Assembly: GCA_038735675.1 (NCBI GenBank)
Contig: JAVYNJ010000008.1
Coordinates: 1-23,966, forward strand
Length of the DNA stretch: 23,966 bases
DNA from: Nanopusillaceae archaeon
Lineage (GTDB): Archaea > Nanobdellota > Nanobdellia > Nanobdellales > Nanobdellaceae
Reading direction: 5' to 3'
A model generated the notes under the pieces. It saw only the letters and a list, made by a program, of their open reading frames with translations. It ran no database searches and was not told where the DNA came from. A program made the translations under genes and the position numbers. How positions within the stretch are numbered: position 1 is the stretch's first letter; each line of letters starts with the position of its first letter. Positions 15,279 through 23,565 of this stretch are shown here, in pieces.

Positions 15279-16538
15279 TTAATATATTTTGTAATAAATT
15301 TTATCTAGATTGCTCAAATAATTTTTTTCTATATCTCTTAATAAAAGATCTACGGAAGGATATTTTCTTTTTGTAATAACAGATATTCTCCCGTCCTCTT
15401 CTATAAAAAATTCTTCATTTTCATGTTTCTTAACAAATTCTTCAAAATTTTTATGGTCCCAAACATATGGACCTTTTTTTAATTCATATTCTGGTAATTC
15501 TTTTGGAAATATATAAAATATGGCAATAACTTGATTATTATTAAAAAATATTTTTTTACCTAAAATAGAAAAATTATTTTCTTTGAGCTTTTTAATTATG
15601 CTTTTTAATACTTTTAATGCTTTAGAATTTTTTATATCAATATTATTTCCTTTTCCCTCGATTTCTAGATACAATAGAGTATTTTTATAAGTTCTAGCCT
15701 TATTGATATATTCTTGTAATTTTATTTCTCCTTTTTTCAAAAAATATGATTCTAGATTATTATTTCTCCTTATATCATTCAAAAATAAGTTAGAATAATA
15801 TATAAATTCTGAAAACTTTTTCGTAGATAATGCTGAAGCTGCATTTCTTTTAAAATTAGTTGGATCTATCAAGATGAGAGGAGATTTTGTTTTATCTTTT
15901 CCTAAAATTCTAATAGCTTCCTCTAAATTTTTATAATAATTTTCTATATCTATGAAAACTTTAGGTTGCCACAATATTGCACTTTTAATTAAATTATAAA
16001 AGCTCTTATAATATATAATTAGTAGTTCACAAACATAACCTGAAAAACCTCTAATATAGGACTCAGCACCGTAAAGATCTCTAGATTTCATAAAAGATTT
16101 TAGCAATCTTATTTCATCGTTTAAATTTGTACCTTTTATCTTTTTTAAAATATAATCTACATGAAAAGGAGAAAGATCTGTTACATTTTTTGCTTCTTCC
16201 ACATTGTTTATTTTTAAAATTGGAACTAATTCAAAGTTAACGCCCTTATAAAATACTTTAAAATAATCTCTAGATCCATGAATTCTATTATAGTTAAATT
16301 TTCTTTTTACTAAAACATTTTCTATTAAATCTGACATATTTTGTTTTTCTTCACTAAATAAAACAAATATATCTACATCATAATCTCCAGATAACCAAGT
16401 ATCTTTAGCAAAAGACCCTCCTAAAAAGATTTCTAAGCCTTCGGATTCTAAAATTTGTATAAACTCGTTTATTATTGCATATACAGTTTCTTTTTCCTCT
16501 TTTTTAGGTTTTATTTTATCTAGTATCTCTTCAAACAT
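15279..16538 (-). CDS. cca: CCA-adding enzyme (archaeal class I tRNA nucleotidyltransferase)
   Basis: 419 aa. GGSFAKDTWLSGDYDVDIFVLF is the class I catalytic signature, and downstream are ...RGFSGYVCELLIIYY. Consistent with the tRNA in this window lacking an encoded CCA. Confidence 0.9.
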   Translation of the reverse strand: MFEEILDKIKPKKEEKETVYAIINEFIQILESEGLEIFLGGSFAKDTWLSGDYDVDIFVLFSEEKQNMSDLIENVLVKRKFNYNRIHGSRDYFKVFYKGVNFELVPILKINNVEEAKNVTDLSPFHVDYILKKIKGTNLNDEIRLLKSFMKSRDLYGAESYIRGFSGYVCELLIIYYKSFYNLIKSAILWQPKVFIDIENYYKNLEEAIRILGKDKTKSPLILIDPTNFKRNAASALSTKKFSEFIYYSNLFLNDIRRNNNLESYFLKKGEIKLQEYINKARTYKNTLLYLEIEGKGNNIDIKNSKALKVLKSIIKKLKENNFSILGKKIFFNNNQVIAIFYIFPKELPEYELKKGPYVWDHKNFEEFVKKHENEEFFIEEDGRISVITKRKYPSVDLLLRDIEKNYLSNLDKIYYKIY

Positions 16539-16539
16539 T

Positions 16540-17622
16540 TTAATAAATTGGAAATCTTAATAAAGCTGCTATTTTAAAGTTTGAAAATTGTTCACCTTCT
16601 GGATGATTTAAAGATATTATTTCGATTTCTGCATTAATTTTTTTAGCTAACTCCAAATATTCCGAAATTTTATCTTTAAACTTTTCAGATATTAATATTT
16701 TATCTACCGCACCAAATTCTATCGCTTTTTTAACATCTTCTTCGCCATAAACAACAGTATTAGTATCCTTACTTAATCTAGCAAAGAAATCTTTTACAAT
16801 ATTTATTTCTTTCATATACTCTGTTTTTTCTAATATTTCTTTTGCCTTTTCAACCATTTCTTTTAATCCATATTCGTTACTATAGCCTGTATCAATAACA
16901 GCCAATATTTTATCTTTAAAGTAATAAGGTATATACTCTCCTTGAACAAATTTTTCTTTTAAGGGACCTGGTCCCCCAATTAGAAAACCAACGAGATTAT
17001 TTTTATATTTATCGAAATGTTCCTTCATTTTTTCTCCAATATATTTTAACCACTCATGTACTTCCTGTTCTATAATTCTTTGAAATCTTAGAGCTGATTG
17101 GCCCCCATCTCTAAATTTTCCAGGAACCCAAGAATCTTTATTTTCTAAAACTATAATTCTGCTACCCTTTAACAATCCTATAGTTGCTTCTCCTCTATCT
17201 AAAACTACTAAACCGTATATTTGTTTTGGCTCTAAGTAGTCCTTTAAGGGATCTAAAATAAATTTAGAATCACATCTATATAATCTTATTTGAAAGGGTT
17301 CCGGTGGTTCTATAGCCCATAACTGTATGTTATTCTCACCATAATCGCCGATATTTCCACAAAATATAACTAAACCGTTGTCTGGTATTTTTTTTAATCC
17401 TTTTAAATAATTAATTATCTTGGCTAACGCATCACCTACATTTTTTCTAGTATGTTTATCCTTTATATTTTGAGAAGTTGCATATTCATAGTTTAAATGC
17501 TCTAAAACTTTACCTATATCATAACCTGCGGGAATATAGTATGATATTAGTTGGGTTCCTCTTCCTTCAATTTTTTCGAGAGATTCTATTAATATTTTTA
17601 ACTCTAATAATTTAGCATCCAT
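16540..17622 (-). CDS. prf1: Peptide chain release factor aRF1
   Basis: 360 aa. It has the GGQ motif (FRDGGQSALRFQRI), YxCxxxF (YRCDSKF) and a NIKS-region variant SQNIKDKHTRKNV. Confidence 0.93.
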   Translation of the reverse strand: MDAKLLELKILIESLEKIEGRGTQLISYYIPAGYDIGKVLEHLNYEYATSQNIKDKHTRKNVGDALAKIINYLKGLKKIPDNGLVIFCGNIGDYGENNIQLWAIEPPEPFQIRLYRCDSKFILDPLKDYLEPKQIYGLVVLDRGEATIGLLKGSRIIVLENKDSWVPGKFRDGGQSALRFQRIIEQEVHEWLKYIGEKMKEHFDKYKNNLVGFLIGGPGPLKEKFVQGEYIPYYFKDKILAVIDTGYSNEYGLKEMVEKAKEILEKTEYMKEINIVKDFFARLSKDTNTVVYGEEDVKKAIEFGAVDKILISEKFKDKISEYLELAKKINAEIEIISLNHPEGEQFSNFKIAALLRFPIY

Positions 17623-17637
17623 TAATTTAAAATTAAC

Positions 17638-18336
17638 TTAAAATATATTAAGAATTGTTTCTCTAATTAAATCAATATTTACATTTAAGCCTAATTTCTT
17701 ACCTATTAAATAAATATTCTTTATATCATTATTTAGCAATTCTGAAGCTGCAGGAGAGTTTATTGGAATAGATTGAGATACATCAATAATATATATTTTG
17801 TTTTTAAAATACATTATATTAAAACTCGAAAAATCTCCATGAATTAGTTTTGCCTTATGATAGATTTTCCAATATTCTTTAATTATATCATTAAAAAGCT
17901 CTTCTTTATTTTCAATTTTCCTTAATACATCATTTAAAATTGGTGCGGGACTTTTATCACCAATAAATTCCATAACTAAAATATTTTTTTTATAGACATA
18001 TGGAACTGGAACACTTACTAAACTTTTAAACATTCTTCTCAAATTTTTAAATTCTTTTTTTACCCAAGTATAAATAATTCCAACTCTAGTTCTTGGAAAA
18101 GACCTAATTCTAGGATCTGCTTGAAGATATTTTATTTGATTTCTGTAGCTAATATTTAAGACCTTATAAATTTTTATTGCTTTATTTCCAGATCTACATA
18201 CAATTGCTTCTTTTCCTTCAGATATAAGCTCTAAATCTTCCGATATAAAACCATCATTTTTAAGCTCTTCTAAAACTTCCAAAGTTGTAGCATCAAATAC
18301 TTTATTATAGACTTTCCAAATTTCTCTATATTTCAT
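17638..18336 (-). CDS. rio1: RIO-type serine protein kinase (Rio1-like, no N-terminal wHTH)
   Basis: 232 aa. Motifs are ISEGKEAIV...AIKIYK (ATP-binding lysine), VMEFIG, LIHGDFSSFNIMY (catalytic loop) and IYIIDVSQS (metal-binding loop). Confidence 0.85.
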   Translation of the reverse strand: MKYREIWKVYNKVFDATTLEVLEELKNDGFISEDLELISEGKEAIVCRSGNKAIKIYKVLNISYRNQIKYLQADPRIRSFPRTRVGIIYTWVKKEFKNLRRMFKSLVSVPVPYVYKKNILVMEFIGDKSPAPILNDVLRKIENKEELFNDIIKEYWKIYHKAKLIHGDFSSFNIMYFKNKIYIIDVSQSIPINSPAASELLNNDIKNIYLIGKKLGLNVNIDLIRETILNIF

Positions 18337-19081
18337 TTAAAATTACCAACAGAGAATTTCTCAAGCCCGCATTGTATCCTACATAGAAAAGCATCAAATA
18401 AAGAACCTCTTTTAATACTTCATCATAAATAAATTTTTTAATTACAAATATTGTTAAAAAAAGAATAGAAAACTTTAAAATAAGAAAAACTAAGATTCCG
18501 TATTCTAAAGCAAAATAATTAAGAATTAGCCGATGTAAAACATGTTTGGGAGCATAATTAAAAATATAAATACCCAAATTTCCAAAGAAACCATCTAAAC
18601 TTTGAGATAGTATAGGTAACAAATAAAATTTTTCTTTTTTTTCTTTATAAAATATTAGCATTACTGCAAATAATATTGGTATTAAGAAAAAAATAAAAAA
18701 GTTTGGAATTCTTCTCACAAAAAAAATTATTGTTATTAACAATAGAATCAAATAAAAATAAAAAAGATCTTTTCTTTTATTTCCATTTAATATATTAACA
18801 GAAAAAAGAGATAATACTAATATTTGCATATAAGGTGTATAAAAAAGAAACATTTCTTTTATCCAAGAAAAATCCATTGCAACCCTAATTAGAGTAATTA
18901 TAGTAAAAGATAAAGTTAGATTGATATTAAAATACTTATCTAAAAAAATTTTTTTATTTTTTATAAGAAAACCGAGAATTAAGAAAGATAAAATGTATAT
19001 AGTTGAGTACAAAAGGGTATTAAAAATTGTATAACTACCCGTTTTTGTCATAAAACTAAAAAAATTTTCTATATCAACCAT
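18326..19081 (-). CDS. Polytopic membrane protein, unknown function
   Basis: 251 aa with about 7 hydrophobic spans. Its 3' end overlaps the RIO kinase start by 11 nt. No motif I can assign with confidence; a vague resemblance to archaeal DUF63-type proteins is unverified. Confidence 0.5.
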   Translation of the reverse strand: MVDIENFFSFMTKTGSYTIFNTLLYSTIYILSFLILGFLIKNKKIFLDKYFNINLTLSFTIITLIRVAMDFSWIKEMFLFYTPYMQILVLSLFSVNILNGNKRKDLFYFYLILLLITIIFFVRRIPNFFIFFLIPILFAVMLIFYKEKKEKFYLLPILSQSLDGFFGNLGIYIFNYAPKHVLHRLILNYFALEYGILVFLILKFSILFLTIFVIKKFIYDEVLKEVLYLMLFYVGYNAGLRNSLLVILNEI

Positions 19082-19087
19082 AATATT

Positions 19088-19360
19088 TTATCTTCTGAAA
19101 ATTGAATTAATTAAATTCTCTAAATAATTAATTCTCATAATTAAATTATCAACTTTAGCCAACAAGGTGTCTATTTTGCTATTTAATATTTGAAGTTGAT
19201 ATATTAAATTTTCTTCAGTCTTATCAAAAGACCTAGATTCTCCAAAAATATCATATGGTTCTCTCTTAGGTAAGTTAGAAACATTATGTTGCTCTTCATC
19301 AAAGATCTCAGTCTTTTTATCCTTTTTATTACTTTTTATTTTCTTAAAAAAACTTATCAT
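19088..19360 (-). CDS. Small coiled-coil protein with basic N-terminus
   Basis: 90 aa. It has an MISFFKKIKSNKKDKK N-terminus, a short acidic linker and a C-terminal heptad region (LIYQLQILNSKIDTLLAKVDNLIMRINYLENLINSI). The architecture echoes ORF 11844-12461. Confidence 0.45.
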   Translation of the reverse strand: MISFFKKIKSNKKDKKTEIFDEEQHNVSNLPKREPYDIFGESRSFDKTEENLIYQLQILNSKIDTLLAKVDNLIMRINYLENLINSIFRR

Positions 19361-19394
19361 AAAATAAATTTTATATTTTTAAACTTATAAAACA

Positions 19395-20006
19395 TCATAC
19401 CTCTTCTTCTTCTATTTCTGTTTCTGCAAATGCTAGATAATTGACTCCTAAATCCCCCTTTCTCGGAATTAAACCCTTATTTCTCATATATTCTCTAGTA
19501 ATTAAATAATAAATTAAAGCTAGAGACTTTGCTCCTCTATTGTTACATGGAACAGCATAATCTATATACTTCAAAGTATTATTTGTATCTACCAAACCAA
19601 CTATAATCTTTCCAGTTTTAAAAGCATCTAATAATGCGTTCTTATCAAAAATAGGATCTGTTACAACTACCACCTCAACATCTTTAAAATTCTTTAGACT
19701 TATATTTGTCAACATTCCTGGAGGATACCTTCCCGGATAAGAAAGTATTTTTGTATATTTATTTAACATTATTAAAGGCTTTCTAGCAGTTTCTCTTCTT
19801 CCAACTACTAAAATTTCTTCTGGTTCGTATTTTGATAAAAATTTAGTTAAAATTCTTAATTTCTCATCTGTCTTGGTTATATCAATTATTGCTAATCCAT
19901 CACTTCTTATTCTAGCTACATATTTTTTCATATCTTTTGTTTTTATTTTTGTTCCTATATGGACCCCCGCTTTTATGTATTCCTCAAGAGAAATAAGCCA
20001 CTCCAT
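19395..20006 (-). CDS. rps2: Ribosomal protein uS2
   Basis: The conserved core starts at MEWLISLEEYIKAGVHIGTKIKTKDMKKYV...DGLAIIDI. I place the start at the ATG on 20004-20006. The track's 47-codon upstream extension overlaps the uL2 3' end and has no uS2-like sequence. Confidence 0.9.
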   Translation of the reverse strand: MEWLISLEEYIKAGVHIGTKIKTKDMKKYVARIRSDGLAIIDITKTDEKLRILTKFLSKYEPEEILVVGRRETARKPLIMLNKYTKILSYPGRYPPGMLTNISLKNFKDVEVVVVTDPIFDKNALLDAFKTGKIIVGLVDTNNTLKYIDYAVPCNNRGAKSLALIYYLITREYMRNKGLIPRKGDLGVNYLAFAETEIEEEEV

Positions 20007-20013
20007 TTTATTA

Positions 20014-20763
20014 TTACTTATTATTTTTTGTTGAACCTTTTTTGCCTCTGCCAGTTTTTCTAGATCCAAAGTGACCATACTTAATTGGATATCCATGTTT
20101 TGGAAGTGGAGTAATGCCACCCTTGTTTCTTCTATGTTTTCCTCCAAAAGGATGATCTGCTATATTTCTAGCAACTGCCGCAGAAACTGGCCAGTATCTA
20201 TGATGAGCTTTAACATAATAATATTTCGTTCCTGCTTTTGCAAATGGTTTATCATTTCTACCACCCCCTGCTACCACTCCTATTAAAGCTCTACAATTCA
20301 GACTTACTGATTTTGTTTTTCCAGAAGGTAATTTTATAATTGCTTCCTTTTCTGTTTTTTGAACTAATATTACTGAAGAACCAGAAGATCTAGCAATTTT
20401 ACCTCCATCTCCTGGATTTATCTCTACCATGCACATTTGAGTACCTTCCGGTATAGATTTTAAAGGTAATACATTGCCTATTTCTATTGGAGATTCAAAT
20501 CCACAATAAACTTCCTTTCCAACATATATACCTTCAACTGCAGGCAAATAAACAATAGATCCGTCTTCATATTTTACTATCATTATAGGAGCATAATGTA
20601 TCTTGTCTTTAATTATATCTACTACAGTTCCCTTTAATTTTTTGTTGATCTCTATTTCATCTAAATATCTAAATCTTAATTCATATTTAGTATAATGGTC
20701 TGGAATTTTATATGCAGAAGCCCCCTTTCCCCTTCTTTGCTGAAGTAAAGTATTTCCTCCCAT
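20014..20763 (-). CDS. rpl2: Ribosomal protein uL2
   Basis: 249 aa. Contains ...VEINPGDGGKIARSSGSSV..., GGGRNDKPFAKAGTKYY and ...WPVSAAVARNIADHPFGG. Confidence 0.95.
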   Translation of the reverse strand: MGGNTLLQQRRGKGASAYKIPDHYTKYELRFRYLDEIEINKKLKGTVVDIIKDKIHYAPIMIVKYEDGSIVYLPAVEGIYVGKEVYCGFESPIEIGNVLPLKSIPEGTQMCMVEINPGDGGKIARSSGSSVILVQKTEKEAIIKLPSGKTKSVSLNCRALIGVVAGGGRNDKPFAKAGTKYYYVKAHHRYWPVSAAVARNIADHPFGGKHRRNKGGITPLPKHGYPIKYGHFGSRKTGRGKKGSTKNNK

Positions 20764-20764
20764 T

Positions 20765-21019
20765 TTACATTAAACCGAGCTTTGAAAGTATTTCTGTAGC
20801 CTTGTAATCTTTTTGTAATTTAACATATGCTTTCTTTTCTCCATTTGGATTTATTATGGTATTAACTTTTTCAACTTTTACTTTGAAAACTTTTTCAACT
20901 TCTTCCTTTATTTGTTTTTTATTACTATTTCTATTAACTAAAAAAGTTATCTTATTTTCTTTTTCTGCTAGTCTTATCGTTTTTTCAGTAATTAAAGCTC
21001 TAATAATTACGTTTTCCAT
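20765..21019 (-). CDS. rpl23: Ribosomal protein uL23
   Basis: The core is [54 protein letters not shown]. The start is taken at the ATG on 21017-21019, which overlaps the uL4 stop (TAATG). The track's 15 extra codons overlap uL4. Confidence 0.9.
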   Translation of the reverse strand: MENVIIRALITEKTIRLAEKENKITFLVNRNSNKKQIKEEVEKVFKVKVEKVNTIINPNGEKKAYVKLQKDYKATEILSKLGLM

Positions 21020-21849
21020 TATAGATATAGATCTTTCAGTTCTTCTATAGCCTTTTCGCTCCATATTATAAATCTACCAGGAACTCCGCCAGGAGCTAGT
21101 TTTTCAACATCTAATCGATCTACATTAACTATTTCTAATCCATATAGTTTGTATTTCGATAAATTAGAATCTGAAGAAACAACAAGCAATAAACCTCTAT
21201 GTTTTTTTATTCTTCTTCCCCTCCTTTTTCCCTTTCCAGCTCTATTTCTTCTCGAATTATAAATATAATTAAGTGCTTTTTCTAGACCAAAATTTAAAAG
21301 CATTTTTCTCAAATCTTTTACTTTATTTATTTTTTCTACATCCGATATTATAAGAGGTAAACCATATGTTTTTATTGTTCCTTCAAGATATTCGTACAAC
21401 TTGCCATATCTTTTTTTAATTAATGTTTCTACAATAGTCGCAGCTATAGCTGATCTAATTGCTTTTCTTTTTTCCTTTTTATTTATTTTTACCTTCCAAT
21501 CTTTTTCTGACTTTGGAGGATGAGCTCTTCTTCCTTTAACTACATTTGGAACTAATCTAGCTATCCAAGCAAAAGCATAACCCCATCTTCCAGCTACTAT
21601 AGATCTGGGAACTCTAGAGATTCCAAAACCATAAGAAGTTCTATAATCTCTTCTTCTTTTACTTGTCCAAGCTGCAGATTCCATACCAGCATACTCGTAT
21701 GCTCCATATGGTTGCCTGCTGTTAGACCATATAGAATAAGTCACTTTTCTTAAAAGATCTAATCTTATCTCTTCCTCAAAATGTATAGGTAGATCTAGTT
21801 CTTTAATTTTGTTCCCTTCGATATCATAAATATGAGCTTTAATAGTCAT
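21019..21849 (-). CDS. rpl4: Ribosomal protein uL4
   Basis: Contains ...[28 protein letters not shown]...VPRS...[34 protein letters not shown]. The likely start is [12 protein letters not shown] (ATG at 21847-21849), 7 codons inside the track ORF. Confidence 0.9.
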   Translation of the reverse strand: MTIKAHIYDIEGNKIKELDLPIHFEEEIRLDLLRKVTYSIWSNSRQPYGAYEYAGMESAAWTSKRRRDYRTSYGFGISRVPRSIVAGRWGYAFAWIARLVPNVVKGRRAHPPKSEKDWKVKINKKEKRKAIRSAIAATIVETLIKKRYGKLYEYLEGTIKTYGLPLIISDVEKINKVKDLRKMLLNFGLEKALNYIYNSRRNRAGKGKRRGRRIKKHRGLLLVVSSDSNLSKYKLYGLEIVNVDRLDVEKLAPGGVPGRFIIWSEKAIEELKDLYL

Positions 21850-21912
21850 GGATATTTGATATATAAACAAAATTATTAAAATTTTAATTTAGTAAAAACA
21901 TTCCTTGATAAT

Positions 21913-23565
21913 ATGCTAGAGTACCTTTCATATATAGCAAAAGACTCTTACAAACAGATACTAATATTATCGACCACTTTTGTACTCTTCTTAAGTATCA
22001 TTGTATATCTCTTCCCAAACATATCTACAGATTTTTTTGCAATTTTAGTTACGATATATGTAATAACAGCAATTCAAATAATTTTAGTAAGTTATTATAA
22101 AATAAAATATTCTTTAGATAAAGATTTGCAATATTTTTTGACATATATTTATTCTATTTCTTTTACTACAACAAATATAAAGCGATTTTTTCAAATATTA
22201 TCTGAATCGGAAGAGTATCCGGAAATATCAAAAGTAATAAAGAGAATAATTTATATATCCGAAAAATATAATTTTACTTTTCCAGAAGCCATAAGATATG
22301 TTTTGCCATATATCGTAAATTGTGAATTTAAAGGATTTCTGGAGAGATTATCAACAGCTCTAGAGACTGGGGAAGATCTCCCCTCTTTCTTAGAAAGAGA
22401 ACATAAAAAAGCTTTAGAAAATTTTGATGTTAGATATAGAAAAGGATTAGAAAATGTTAGAATATTACAGGAAATTGGAGTTTCTATAATGTCTTCTCTA
22501 GCCTTTGTTTTTGTTATTATCTTAATATTGCCAATAATAATGCAAATAAATATATTTACTATATTTATTTATTTTATAACAACCTTCATTTCAGCAAATG
22601 CAATAATATATTTTTTATCAAGATATTTCATACCGGAAGATCAACTTTGGATACCTTACAAAGAAAAACCAGACAATTATTTAAAATTAAAGAATTTATT
22701 TGTTCTATTATTATCTATTTCAATCTTAATATTTTCAATATCTTATAGAATATTCCAAAACACTTTAATATGTTTTTCAATATCAATTTTACCTCTTATG
22801 TATATTAGCTATAAGTTTGGTTTGTTAGAAAAACAAGTCAAAAAAAAAGAAGAAAAATTTTCTAGCTTTTATAATACTATAATTAGTCTATCTGGCGTTT
22901 TTGGAACAAATCAAGTTAAAATTTTAGAAAGTGCTAAAATTCATGATTTTGGAGAACTTAATAATGATATAAACAATCTTTATAACAGAATAATCATAAC
23001 CAGAAATTATAAATCTTCTTGGTATTATTTTATAATAGAAATAGGAAGTAATTTAATATCAAAAATAATAACACCTTTCTATAAAATGCTTGAACATGGT
23101 GGAGAAATAGAAGAAGCTAGTAAAAAACTCTATGATGTTTTATTAAAAGTTTTAGAACTTAGAAGCTTTAAAATACAGTTTATAGCTGGAGCAAGAGGAT
23201 TTTTATATGGTGGTTTTATTGCATTTTCGGCAGTTTTGTTTGTTACTACTTTTATAACAGCTATGATGAAAACTTTATTCGAAAGTTTATCAACATTAGT
23301 ATCTGCAGAGATTGGAGGAATGTTAGGAATTCCTTTATTCGAAATAAATATTGATATAAAAATTTTAGAAGAGATAATAAATTTATTAATAATATTTCAG
23401 GCATTTATGATTTCCATAACTTTAAGAAATATTGATGGTGGATCAAAATTTGGCATTTTTATAGATTTCGCATTATTAATTTGGATCGCAACAGGAATAT
23501 ATATAATAACTAATATGTTCTTTGGTCAAATATTACCTTCATTCATGCAAGTCCCATCTCCATAA
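21913..23565 (+). CDS. Second FlaJ/TadC-like type IV filament platform membrane protein
   Basis: 550 aa. A cytoplasmic helical region (FTFPEAIRYVLPYIVNCEFKGFLERLSTALETGEDLPSFLEREHKKALENFDVRYRKGLENVRILQEIGV) is followed by transmembrane clusters. A second, similar unit follows (...ILESAKIHDFGELNNDINNLYNRI...EEASKKLYDVLLKVLELRSFKIQ), again with transmembrane segments. Confidence 0.7.
   Translation: MLEYLSYIAKDSYKQILILSTTFVLFLSIIVYLFPNISTDFFAILVTIYVITAIQIILVSYYKIKYSLDKDLQYFLTYIYSISFTTTNIKRFFQILSESEEYPEISKVIKRIIYISEKYNFTFPEAIRYVLPYIVNCEFKGFLERLSTALETGEDLPSFLEREHKKALENFDVRYRKGLENVRILQEIGVSIMSSLAFVFVIILILPIIMQINIFTIFIYFITTFISANAIIYFLSRYFIPEDQLWIPYKEKPDNYLKLKNLFVLLLSISILIFSISYRIFQNTLICFSISILPLMYISYKFGLLEKQVKKKEEKFSSFYNTIISLSGVFGTNQVKILESAKIHDFGELNNDINNLYNRIIITRNYKSSWYYFIIEIGSNLISKIITPFYKMLEHGGEIEEASKKLYDVLLKVLELRSFKIQFIAGARGFLYGGFIAFSAVLFVTTFITAMMKTLFESLSTLVSAEIGGMLGIPLFEINIDIKILEEIINLLIIFQAFMISITLRNIDGGSKFGIFIDFALLIWIATGIYIITNMFFGQILPSFMQVPSP

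Noticed and set aside
18326-19081. The polytopic membrane protein as the missing prepilin peptidase (FlaK/PibD).
   Set aside because: The size and transmembrane count are compatible. However, the GxGD-type second catalytic aspartate motif is absent, and no convincing first catalytic Asp context is present.
20007-20147. A 47-codon N-terminal extension of uS2 in the track ORF (MEENIEETRVALLHFQNMD...).
   Set aside because: It overlaps the 3' end of uL2 and has no similarity to uS2 N-termini. An ATG at 20004-20006 starts exactly at the conserved uS2 core, 7 nt after the uL2 stop.
21020-21064. A 15-codon extension of uL23 ([15 protein letters not shown]), and similarly a 7-codon extension of uL4 (21850-21870).
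   Set aside because: The extension overlaps the uL4 C-terminus. The internal ATG yields the conserved uL23 N-terminus and a classic TAATG stop/start junction. The uL4 case is less certain, and either start is possible.
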